This document shows positions 23,607-35,140 of a stretch of 64,000 bases of DNA, piece after piece (the first letter of the stretch is position 1; each line of letters begins with the position of its first letter). The position numbers and the translations under genes were made by a program. The stretch comes from Chara braunii (taxonomy: Eukaryota; Plantae; Charophyceae). The notes beneath the pieces were generated by a model. It was not told the origin of the DNA and made no database searches. It saw nothing but the letters and a program-made list of their open reading frames with translations. The stretch lies in NCBI GenBank assembly GCA_003427395.1, contig BFEA01000026.1, positions 5,383,225 to 5,447,224 on the forward strand, in the 5' to 3' direction.

Positions 23607-25494
23607 GGGCCTCGCTGCACTACTCTAGACTCTCGAAGTTTGAGGGTGGGTCTTCGCCGCACTTACTCCTGATTGGGAAACTCTTGAAACCCGATCGAGA
23701 GCTGTCAGATGCCACGCTACAACGCCACTCTCGAAACGTCCAGAGTCTCCCGCCTGCAAAAACCGAATTTGCAAGTGTCCTGGGGAGTTGCCCGCCCAGA
23801 GGCTCGTTTCGAGAGTGGACCTCCTGTCCCGGCGGTTTATCGGAGACAAGTCCAATGACACAGGCAATCAAATAGTTAGGCAACCAAGAGATGACCAATG
23901 ACTTGAGACCAAATGGAAATAGAGAGGAGTAGGGAGAGGACGGACGACTGGACAACTTTTGATAACCTTGCTCCAAGGCTGCAGGGCCTGTGGCACCAGA
24001 TGGACCACCTGCATCAGTTGAGGAACGCTGTCCCGTGCCAATGGACAGAGATATTGAGGGCGGGACTTGTGCCGGTAAAAGGGATGTGGTACAAGCAAGC
24101 ACAGCAAACACAGCAGGAACACGCAACTCTAATTTGGAGGATAGAAGACTATTCAGATCACGTGGAGATTCCCGCTACTTGTTGGAGAATGCAAGCCGGC
24201 CCACAGACTTTGGGAGAGCCGCTGCAACTCTGCGAAGAACAACTTCTCCTCCCGCCTGTTGACCAACTGGAACAGAAAGAATGTTACAGGCCATTCTTCA
24301 CTCAGCTTTCTGCATTTGAACTGCCGGTTGATCCCAGAGACTGGGCGTGGAAGCATCCGATGAAGAATGAATTGGTGGCCCTGCCAGAGTACTCTACAAA
24401 AATGGGATACCGGCTAATGACACAGCGACTGGACGTCAACTGGACTGTGGCAAGGAGATGGATGGCCACCGGGTGGATCGATGATTCCCTAACAAGGTTG
24501 GCAGCAGCTCTTCCGCCTTTCTGGAAACTTCTGATGGATTTAGTGGTTAGTAAGCACGCGAGCTTGCTCTGGCTTCTGATGCACCTGGCGCTCCCGGTTA
24601 ATACTTGGTGCGCCAAAAGAACTGCAAAGGCAGTGGCAGAGTGTCAAATATGTCCAGGAACCAGAATGGAAGACGTGCAACACTTCGCGCTACAATGTGA
24701 ATTGTCAAGATCCTTTTGGGAATGGTGGAGACAATCGGGTGTCCCGATACCGGGTGCGGACACCCGCTGGGGGGAATAATTTTATCCTCCTGGGAGTGGC
24801 GGCAAGGAAGACTGCAAAGCAGGTGCGGCTCGCTCACGCAGAGGAGACAATTCGAGGTGCCATTCTGTGGACCCTCTGGAACCTGAGAAACGCCAGAGTA
24901 CGGAAATGTGAACACATTACACCGCCAATGATAAGAGTTGAAGTGAAATACGCTATAAAACAGGCAATCTCTGCGGACTGGGAATACCGGGTCCAAAAAA
25001 AGGGTTTTTCAGCACAGGCGATTAAGTGGTTTTGGAGCAGATGGGACGCCTTCTCGGGTCTGGCTACAGTGGAAGTTAGGCCGGAAGGCCCGCCGATGTT
25101 GAGATTTTCGCCCTTTTTCTTACAATAGTATCTTGCAATGTGCTGTAGGCATAGCCGCTATCTCATTTTTTGGGGCTTGGTGCTGTCGTGAGGTTGATAG
25201 TTTTTAGTTAGTAGCCACATTGGAAGGTTGGAATTGCCAATAGGTAAGTTGGTAGATGACCTTTGTATCGATAGGCAGCTAGTTCAGTCACTGTTCTTTT
25301 CACTGGATTGGTTTTGCTTGAGATTGAATTTGTTGGTTGTTTGACTTTCATTTCATGATGAACGGTCCAGCTGGGTCTTTCACTGTGGCAGGGATGGGTT
25401 TGGCCGGGAGTGCCTTGCCCAGCCCGACATGCCACGGCATATGTGTAAGGGACGCCGGACCCGATTTCCGGCAATGGAAAGAGAGATCGTCATC

Positions 25495-25528
<34 letters not shown>

Positions 25529-25839
25529 AGACATGAACAAGGAAGCGAAAGAAAAGAAAAGAAAAGAAAAGACAAGAAAAAAGAAAAAAAAACAAAGAAA
25601 AAAAAAAGGAAAAAAGAAAAGAAAAGGAGAGAGTCCCGGCGGCCAGACTGTGTCCTGTAGCGCAGTGGTGCAGCTCTTCTGTCGCGTCGGACGACGCCCA
25701 GGGTTTCAAGAATTGATCTAGTGTCACAGGTTCTAGAGTAAGCGCAGCGAAGGCGGGTATTTCGAGAGTCTCGCCTCTCTGACAATGCGAGTCGAACTCT
25801 CAAAATATTTCGAGAGTCTAGAGTAGTGCAGCGAGGCCC
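23607..25839. mobile_element. Harbinger-like non-autonomous element interrupted by a LINE fragment
   Basis: Perfect ~31-bp TIR GGGCCTCGCTGCACTACTCTAGACTCTCGAA; 3-bp TSD ATC. Confidence 0.8.
23836..25632 (+). mobile_element. 5'-truncated L1/Tx1-like LINE (ORF2 C-terminus with zinc-binding domain, 3' UTR, A-rich tail)
   Basis: ORFs 23913-24779 (CQIC...EDVQHFALQC) and 24697-25128 (ILWTLWNLRN); poly(A) from about 25498; flanking direct repeat GTCCCGGCGG at 23826 and 25633. Confidence 0.85.
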
Positions 25840-25919
<80 letters not shown>

Positions 25920-25989
25920 CTTTTTTTTTTTTTTTTTTTTTTCCGCACAACAGAACTCGTGTATTTCGAAATAATCGTCAAACCCTTAG

Positions 25990-26385
25990 TGGCATTCAGG
26001 GGGTCTTGGGTTCAATCCCCTGGCTTCATGTACCTTCCTGGGCAAGCTTGGCGCCCGCCACCTAGAGATATGCTGTTGGTCCCCCCGAGTGGCATTGAGC
26101 AGAGGCTGCTGATGTTCATAGGGCGAGGGGACCGGAGGGGAGGCACAGTGACTGGCCCATCGAAGAAGCGCGGTCCTGATGCTACCGGCTGACTCCTGGC
26201 CGGTATCGCACCTGCTGGTGGGTGCAGCTCCCGCTTGTTCCCTCGTTGGAGGCTTGAGCACGGATGTGGCTGCTACGGGGTTCCCCGTAATACTATAATG
26301 ACAATTAAAAAAAGGCTTTAAAGGCTGTCCTGTCCGGATTCGACAGGTAATTGAATTGGCCTTTAAAAAAGTAATAAAAAAATAA
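25990..26385 (+). mobile_element. tRNA-derived SINE (A box missing)
   Basis: B box GGTTCAATCC; body aligns throughout with 45090-45500; A-rich tail. Confidence 0.85.
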
Positions 26386-28174
26386 AAAAATTGTCAATCC
26401 AGTGGCCTAACTCAGTTGCTAAGGCTAGCAAGAGGGGCAAGTCACCGCGAGTGCGCGGGGGTCTCACCGGCCGGTGGGCCCGGCGGTCTCGACCCTTCAT
26501 CCCTCGGCGATACCGAGGTAGCCGAGTGTGTTGACGCCATCGCCACCCGAGGTGAGGGTCAACCCATCTGGATTGACGAAAGGTGAAGTGCAAGTGCAAA
26601 CGGAAGGCGTGAGCGAGGTGATTGCATCTCGCGATCAGCACATAGAAGGTGTCCTTGCACAATAAGGACAGCGGGTATGGTGAGCAGTGAGTGACTGAAG
26701 ACTCTACAGGTAAGTGATATGGCTCTCGCAGGCGATCTACAACATGCGGCTGCTGATTGGATCTCCACCCTGCATGATGGTCGGCACCGACTGCTATAGA
26801 TGGTGGCTGCTCTCTCTTCACCGGCGCCGGAATGGATGGAGGTTGATGGGGGAGCGATCTCCCTGGTCCGCTGGGTGGAGAATACCATGGAACTCATGTT
26901 GGAGGTGGTCTGGGGTTTGGAGCAAGGACCCGATCCTATGCTTGATGCCCTCCTCGATCAGCGCCAGATAGACAATCTTATAAGGTAGTGCTACGAGGTG
27001 CTAGATGAGGGGCAGGTTCAGGGGACTGCCCTGGTCAATCGCTTGGGTGGAGCGCTGCCAGTGAGCATGGCTACTCCTGATCAGCTACTTGTCACCCACT
27101 CAGGAAAGGCAGCGCAGGGGGCAGCGTTGGGGGAGAGCTTGGCCGGAGAACTGTCAGTCAACTCAGCGGCATATAGGCAGTCTCCTATCACTCAACTTGT
27201 GACGACATCTACAACAGGATCACATATTATCACTGCTATACCGACTACAACATCTACATCAAATGAACTGGGAGTATTTTGCTATTCAAATGGTTGCTCC
27301 TGCGTGCACCACGATGACATCTGATGGAACCGGGGTGCTTAACAATCAATCATCGAGTTCATTGACATTCAAAAAGGTGACAAACGCTCCTGTGGGCATC
27401 AAGGAGATACCAAAGAAGTCGGGAGCTGTCTCTATTCAAACGATCGCTCCGGCGTGCATTGCGACACCATCTAACGAAACGGGGGGATTTTGCAATCAGG
27501 CATCGAGCTCACCATCAACAGTATCGATAATACTTCCTGTTGCGGGTGAGTTGTCGACAGTTTTGCCGAAGCCAGCGGGTAGTGAGGCTCCTATGCTTTT
27601 AGCGGGGATATTAATTGGCATGGCTTCACCACTGACACTGCCTCCATCATCTTCATCAGTTGCGCATGTTGTCCCAACACTTGCTATGGAGGCTTTGCAT
27701 GATTTGGGGTGTTCTTCTCCAATCAGGGAGACTGCTTCTTACTTTCCATCGGGCAAGCTGGCTTCCGGATCTTCATAGTGATCTGTCCTTCTCGCCTTTG
27801 CCGTTCAGCCTTTCGCACGTGGCGGCATGGGGCAGTGTGATGGGAAGCGGAAAACTCTCCCTCACCCCTCCCTCCTTTCTTGGTTCTCGATTGTATTGCT
27901 CTGGCTGACAGAAGGAAGAGGGGTGGAGGGGTGCTTGGAGAGGAAGCTTATCCACCTGTGGCTGATTGATGTTTAATTGTTTTGGTCTGATGGATCGTTT
28001 CCACCTTGGACACATGTGCCCTCCCTTGTGGCATGTCCTGTGTTCAGATTCTGTAGCGGTGGGGTGCCATGAGTACTGTTATACCTTGGTCATCATCATT
28101 TACTAATAGGGTTTGACTTGGTTGATGATCTGTAGGTATAGATTATAATTTTTTTCCAATTAGTGTGCTCCCAG

Positions 28175-28675
28175 GACGATGTATCAGTGTTTTTGGCCTT
28201 CCGGAAAAAGGATCGTGAGACCTTGCGAACGGCCAACTGGATCCGCTGGAAATTCGAGAAATGTTACCCTAGAGCTTTGAATCTAAAATGAACTGATGAC
28301 AAATCAGGAATCTGGGACTTTTTGGGCTGCCAAATGGAGGTCAAACAGGACTTTCCATACCCAGGCAACATACAATTGACAAAAAACGAGGGTACGATGT
28401 GGACATCCGGACAGGTAGTTTTCAGAACTGGTCATAATTCGAAGTCCTTGTCCAGTCGAAAGCAAAAACTGGTTGGAATTACTAGGTCGCTGCATAGGAT
28501 CGACAGGAATACAACTGTCCGAACCAGCATTCCCAGGCACGTCCTGACTCTGCGACTTGAGTCCGGGCTAAGAACTACGGTGACAATTTTTTTGGAGACG
28601 CGCTCAAAAATTTCGCCAGAACGTGAGACCGAATGTGGCAGTTCACAGCCAGTCTGCTGGCAGGATAGGTAGTAG
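28175..28675 (+). pseudogene. Second Penelope-like RT fragment (C-terminal half)
   Basis: DDVSVF..FEKCYPRALNLK*TDD.SGIWDFLGCQ..FPYPG..KNE..LHRIDRNTTVRTSIPRHVLTL aligns with the C-terminal half of 8567-10003. Confidence 0.85.
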
Positions 28676-28875
28676 AGTAGTTTGACTATTAATACGAAGT
28701 AGCTCGACGTTATTGTCCTCTTCCATCATGACATGGCATCCGGGAGATGTCCCGGTGGGAGAGTGGGAAGTGAGGTTCAGTTTTGGAGGAAGGAGGGAGA
28801 GTTTGTAGATGGTTATCGAGCCCGACCACTGGGTACTCGCGAACAATATTTTACTTCTCAAACGTTGTTATGTCT

Positions 28876-31800
28876 TTTATTTTATTTTTTAAACACAACC
28901 CCCTCCAGTGCTAGTGGTGCTGGTAAAAGCAAGCACCACTAGCACCTGGGGGCGGCTCCATCTATTGGTGGGGAGCGTCACGCCGTCACCTGCTGGAAAA
29001 CGGGTCCAGCGTCCCTCATACAATCTGAAAATGGATACATCGGAGAAGCATTGTGAAAGAATTCCTGCCAGCATTGATTACCCTGAGCTCCAGGGGATTG
29101 ACTGAGCAGATTGTAAGGAGGGAAGGGGAGCTCTTCATCCAGAAACCGACGCCTGATACATCGCTACTCACTAGTTCCTCCTTTCTCCCGAGCCATGTGG
29201 AAACCATGCTAATTGGGAACCAAGTCCAGAGACCCATAATCCTGGCTAAGTGTCATGAGGAAGGGTCCAGAAGGAGCCCCTGGGGGGCACCAGTGGGATC
29301 TCCTTTCGTCCTTATCTTTCCTGGACAAACAGATTATGGCTGGAGTTTGTAGGGGTGAGCTTTATATATATGTATATGTATGTAGATGTTTCGGAAGATG
29401 TTATTTTAGGAGAGAACCTCGACCAAGGAAAGAGCATGCGGCGGGAACGGGTCTGGAAAGGCCGAGGGTGGGCTGAGCGGGTAGTCAAGTCCTTAAAGGT
29501 TAGACAGTAATCTCTTATTTCTTCCAAAACCCGCTCCCCCTCTCCCCTATCTCCACTCCATTCCACTTTTGCAATCCATCCTTCTCTTTCCCCTCCTACC
29601 CAATCTGTGCAAAATGTTGTGATTCGCCTCCTAACATCCTTAATTTATGAGAAGAGATCTAGTTGTGCTTTCGTGTCAGACCACCTTTGCATAAGTTCAA
29701 ACTGCACCTGCTGCTGAATCTGTTCAGTGACCTTTGGTCCTTCAACTCTCACCTTCTCCATGGCCAAGGTGCATCTCTGCCACCAAAGGGCCCAGACCAC
29801 CGCCCTCCTTCCAAGTTTGTACATATTTTCGACGAAGGTTGAGGGTGTCCCTGCCAGAGGCCAATGGCCGGCCAATATGGCTTGCCAGGATCAGGGCCAA
29901 GAGATTTCAGATTCATTTTCCTCCACATGTGGTCCCACCATCTCCATGTATATTGGGGGATCGGACATTGCATGAAGATGTGCTCAATGGTCTCTGCCTT
30001 CTTATGGAAAGGGAAAAGACCCTGACACCGCTGGCACCAAGGAAGTAGCAAACCTCTTTGCTCTAAGATGGAGTGGTCAGTTAGCCAGTCGTTTGTTGGC
30101 AAGTAACAGTGACATTGCAGGGAGGTGATTTTCATAGGTTTAGATTTTTGTTCCTTGAACCAATGAATGGGTGATAGAAGAGAACGGTCCACATTCAAAT
30201 GTCTGGCCCATCGGTCATTGACTATGTCTCTCAACCGTTTTTTTAGTCTGAGCATTTTATAAGCAAATTTAACCTTCATCTGGTGCAGGCTGATTCGACC
30301 GGCCTTGGGGCCGCCTCCTTTCTGGGGGGTGGTCCAAGACCATTCCTCTGGGTCCAAGGCCAACTCTTGTATTGGTTTGGACGGTTGGTAAGACACCCTC
30401 TGTCCTTTCTCCTCAAGAACTCTCACCCGATACACGGACGGTTTCTCCATCCATTCGAAGGGAGTTCTCTGTCCTTGGAGAGTGCCTGTTCTGGTGATAG
30501 AGAAGTGTTCGACCAGGACTGTTTGGGGTGAGACCATATGTATCTGACCTATCCTCAAAGGGGTCTCCTTGCTTGCCACCCAGTCACCCTCTCTCAGGGT
30601 GGGGCCGCGTTTAAGAGTTTTGTACCATGCCAGAGGGATGGCTTCAACTAGGTCCTCCCGGCGTTCTTCGACGTGGTGACAATATCGTAAGGTACCACGC
30701 ATTTGGTCTTTTGTTACCCAATCCAGTTTATCTTTGTCCCAGAGATCCCCCACCCTGAGCACCCCTCTTTTAACCCGATTTTTCCAAGGTGAAGATGAAC
30801 TTTTCATGACACAGCCATTCAGGTCCTTTACCCATCGGTTCCCAAAGAGGGGTGGTCGGTAAACCTCCTCCCAACGGTTAGGAAAGTTCTTATCCGAGAG
30901 TGGGAGTTTGCACTAGGTTTCCAACAAGGAAGGCCAGAAGGTGTCAAGCGTTTGGCTTTTCCTGTCCAGTTCCTCCCTTCTCTGAGAGAGCTTGCGTGGG
31001 ACTGACCAGAAGCGGTCCTCCATCCATGTCAACGGATGGGTTTTGTGGGTGGTTTCTGGGGCTATTTGGGCCAGATGTTCCAGCGCTAAAACGCACCACG
31101 GACTCTGGGGGGCGAAAATGAGTTTTTTAATCCATCTTAGTTGTAAAGCCTGTACTTGTGTGGCCGGTCAATTATTTTCAGGCCACCCCCTGCCTTAGGT
31201 TGGATAATTAAATCCCAAGCTATCCGACTTATCACGTTACTCAGCTCTCTATCCCCCCTCCATAGAAAGACTGCTGCCTTTCTTTTTAGGTTTTTTAGGG
31301 CCGCGTTACTCAGTGACCATAATAGCGATTTGTACCATAATGTTGCAAAAAGAACATTGTTGATTACGAGAGCGCGGCCGAAAAAGGGATGTGTGTTTGT
31401 TTTTCTAGTTGTTTAGTTTGTGCTGAGCCGGTGTGCTGATCCACTCGTCATTTGTTTGTGGGCGACCCTCTGTGGTCATGGAGACTCTTAGAATTCTAAC
31501 AGGGGATTCTAAAGACAACCAATTAATTTGTGGTGTCTCTGGGCTCCCCCCCCCCTTGATAGTGGATCCACGACCCTTGAGTCTTGCTCCCCTAGTTGAC
31601 AGTCATGTCGGAAACCTTCGCGAATTTCTCCATCATCTGCTGAATTTCCTCCATGTTGTTGTGTGTAGCTTCTGCCATAATTGTGAGATCGTCCGCGAAG
31701 AGCGAGCACACCGGGATTGCCTCCTCCGGGATGTGTGTAACATGGAGTCTAGAAATGTTAATGACAAAAAAAAGGAAGGGGACAATTGAATCCTCTTGTC

Positions 31801-33540
31801 GGACCGACCGCTCAGGGGCGGTGCCAAACATCCATTGACTTGGATGCAGGTTGTGGCATTTTGGTGTAGGATTTTGATCCAACGCCTAAAATCTGGCCAA
31901 AAATTCATTTTTTCCAAACATTTGTCTAAAACTAACCAGTCCACATGGTCATAAGTTTTTTCGAAGTCGATAAAAACGAATGAGGCGTTCTGTCCGGTAT
32001 ATCTCGTGAGTTGGAGTACCTCATGGATTAACAGAATGTTCTCTTGTATATTCCTATTTTCCATGAAGACTGTTTGGGCCGAGTGGATGATGTCTTCCAT
32101 TACAGGGATCATTCTGTTCGCCAAAGCTTTAGACAACATTTTGTAGACCACTGTAAGGAGCGTTATTGAGCGATAGTTTCTAATATCCATTTTATCTCCT
32201 TTCTTGTACAAAAGGGTCAGAACCCCTTGCCCCACCCTTTCTTCCATTTCACCTGTGCGCCATACTTTCTTGTAAAAATCCGTAACATCCTGACTCATAA
32301 AATCCCGAGTTGCTTCCTAAAATTCCTTAGGGAAGCCGTCTATCCCGGTCTCTTCTCCTCCTTCATTTGAAGGAGGGGGGTCCATATCTCTTGTTTGGAG
32401 AGAGGGGGCTTCTAAGGATTCGTGCTGTTCAGGTGTTAATGTTTTGTTAACCGGATCCAAAAATTCTTTTAGATGTTGTTCGTGGTTTTGCTCGTCTGTC
32501 CTATCAATATGTGACTAAAAAAAGTCATTATAGAATCGTATGTAATCTTAGTACAGCGGGCCGTGGACACGGCCGGATCCGAGTCTCTGGCCTTTGGTTC
32601 ATAGCGAGTTTCGATTGTGGTTCTTTTAAAACGTGTTCTTGCTAAACCGAAAAAATGGGTGTTCATTGCGCCTTCCGTGGAAAACCTTGATAGCCTTGCC
32701 CTTATCTGGGCCCCTTGCCACCAATACTGTGCATATTTGAAAAGTTGAGATTTCAAATCCAGTATATATGCTTGTAGTTCAGCGGTGTCTGATTCCTGCC
32801 CTTGCGAAATATGTTGTTATTCTGCATCTACTAGATTTTGCATTGTCTTGATTTCATGCTGATATCGCTGAGTGGCTAGATGTTTGGAGTATTCATTACA
32901 TTTTTCGGCCAAAAGAACAGTCTATTGTTGAACCAGGCAATATGAGAGTTTTGTTGAGGGTGAGAATTTTTCTAGAAGTCCCACTCCTGCTGTAGGTATT
33001 CCTGGAAGGGTTTGAGCCTAAGTAGGGAGGTATTGAGTTTGTAGTAACTAGCCCCCTGGTCAGGTCTTTTACGAAAGGTCCAAACCGCCATACACATCCT
33101 ATGATCCAGACCTGGGTACGGGCTGGTCAGCAGTATGGCTGCTGTTGTGAGCCCTCCTCCCAAGTCGTCTGATGCCAGGATTAAATCGATCCAGGATTTA
33201 GACAGTCGGGCAGAGTCATTGTTACGAAAGCAGGTAAAGGTTTTCTCAATTGGGAAGCTCTTTCTGAAGGTGTCAAAAAGTGAGACATAAGCGCACAGGT
33301 GTCTTAGCATTCGCCCATCCTCTTCCGCGTTGTAAGAGGTGCTGGGGTGGACTTTCCATCGGTCCATCCATCTATCTGGTGCAGCGTTGAAGTCCCTGGC
33401 TAAGATTATCAGGACTCCCGGGGTGGGAAGTGTCTCAATTTTTTCGAAGAAGGTCCGCTCACGGGACGTGTTAGGGGCAAATAAGGATACAATGCACACT
33501 ATTTCTAGTTCTAGCGTGCCCAACACCTTCCAATCATTGG
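28876..33540 (-). mobile_element. Degenerate L1/Tx1-like LINE (ORF2: APE endonuclease, RT, zinc-binding domain; 3' UTR; A-rich tail)
   Basis: EN: LFAPN, DFNA, SWIDLIL, LDH. RT: NYRSITLL..YK.LSK.LANR, IDFEKTYDHV, VRQEDS, LFADD. C-terminus: CQRC..ETIEHIFMQC. Many stops and frameshifts. Confidence 0.92.
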
Positions 33541-34115
33541 CTTTTGATCGGTGATTGCGTGTTTGGATATCTCACCTTCATCTCACCTTAGTGTGCTCCC
33601 TTTTGGTTTGCGTAATCTGACTCCTCATCACAGGATATGTGTGTAGCTTTTGGATATCTCACCTTCATCTCACCTTAGTGTGCTTCCCTTTGGTTTGCGT
33701 CTGTGTTAACTACTGTTGCTCGGGGGAAGCTCGACCTAATTACGGATGAATCACTAAACTCTTTTGCCCTGTTATCATTCTCTTTGCCCTAATGGTATCT
33801 CCCCCACTCCTCACTGTGCAGAAGATTAAAGTAGGGGTAATTGAGGAGTGTAGGGCAGAGCTTGATTCTGCACACAACAGGGTTAATCCTTCCTCACTGG
33901 GGAAGCAATCAATGCCCCGTGCTCATGCTATATTCGTGTTATACAAGGAAACTATCTCCAGGGGAGCAGTGGCTGAGGCTCTTCCAGCCCTAATGGGAAG
34001 AGGTGTGTGTATAAGTGTTGTAATCAATCTCATAGTTGGAGCCTTGGGCACTGGACCCTTTTTTGAAAAAAAAACAAAAAAAAGGAAACCGAAAAAGAAA
34101 AAAAAAAAGCTGCGA

Positions 34116-34410
34116 GTGGCATTCAGGAGGTCGTGGGTTCAATCCCCATTGGCATCATGTACCTTCATGGGCATGCTTGGCTCCCGCCCCCTAGAGATAG
34201 ACCACTGGATCCCCCGATGGGCATTGAGCAGAGTCTGCTGATGTTCGTAGGGGAGGGGACCTGAGCGGAGGCACAGGGATTGGTCCTGTTGGCATGGTCC
34301 CTGATGCTACCGGCTGTCCCCTAGCCGGTATCACCCACCTGCAAGTCGTGAGCAGCCCCCACATGTTCTCTCGTGAACACGGTTCTGGCTGCTACGGGGT
34401 TCCCCGTATG
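34116..34410 (+). mobile_element. tRNA-derived SINE, diverged subfamily
   Basis: GGCATTCAGGAGGTCGTGGGTTCAATCCC head and shared body through GCTACGGGGTTCCCCGTA. Confidence 0.8.
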
Positions 34411-34665
34411 CCTACAATTAGGAGTAGTGGTAGGTAGGTAGTGTGAGGTGAAATTGAGAGAAGAATATAGCTTTATTAAAAAAATAAAAATAGAAAAAAT
34501 CGTCAAAGTTGAGGCCGGGGTCCTCATATTCTTCCCGGGAGAACACAATCACGGGCTTAATCCCACTTCACCTGCAGACTGCCAACGCTATGGGGAGCAG
34601 CTGCCCACACTCATCCTAGTGACACCTCACTTCTCCTACAGTACCCTAATAATCTCATTCCTCTC

Positions 34666-34699
<34 letters not shown>

Positions 34700-34968
34700 C
34701 AGATATCATCTCAGTTTACCACAGCCGCAAATTCTTTGCCGTGTACCCTCTTTTCTTTTTTGTGTGTGTGTGTACTTCCTTTTCTTTTCTTTTCCTTTTA
34801 AATTTTTCTTCTGCCGGGAGCTACATTGCTTGGCTCAGAACTGCTGCGGTCTCTAAACCACTGGAATTGTTTTTTTTTGGGGGGGAGGGAACCACTGGAT
34901 TTTCTTTTTCTTTTCTTTTACTTATCTTGTTTTACTAAAACCATTTGGATCTTGCTTGTATTGTCACG

Positions 34969-34973
<5 letters not shown>

Positions 34974-35008
<35 letters not shown>

Positions 35009-35140
35009 AGAAGTTGGTCTCCTTTATTAACCAATAACAGAAGTTCAGAAGAGGCCGGGGACCTCACAATTCAACCCGGATGAACATACTGGGGCCATTA
35101 CCCAGCTTCGGCAGAACTGGAAACTGGGTCCAATGTCCCA
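34974..35140 (-). mobile_element. LINE-type 3' end (motif A, motif B, poly(A))
   Basis: T-run at about 34974-35007; minus strand reads GGGACATTGGACCCAGTTTCCAGT...CCGGGTTGAATTGTGAGGTCCCCGGCCTC. Confidence 0.7.

Noticed and set aside
26560-27780. Broken ORF-like stretch (MEVDGGAISLVRW...; S/T-rich pieces)
   Set aside because: It may be a decayed TE accessory ORF, but no family motif is recognisable, so it was not called.
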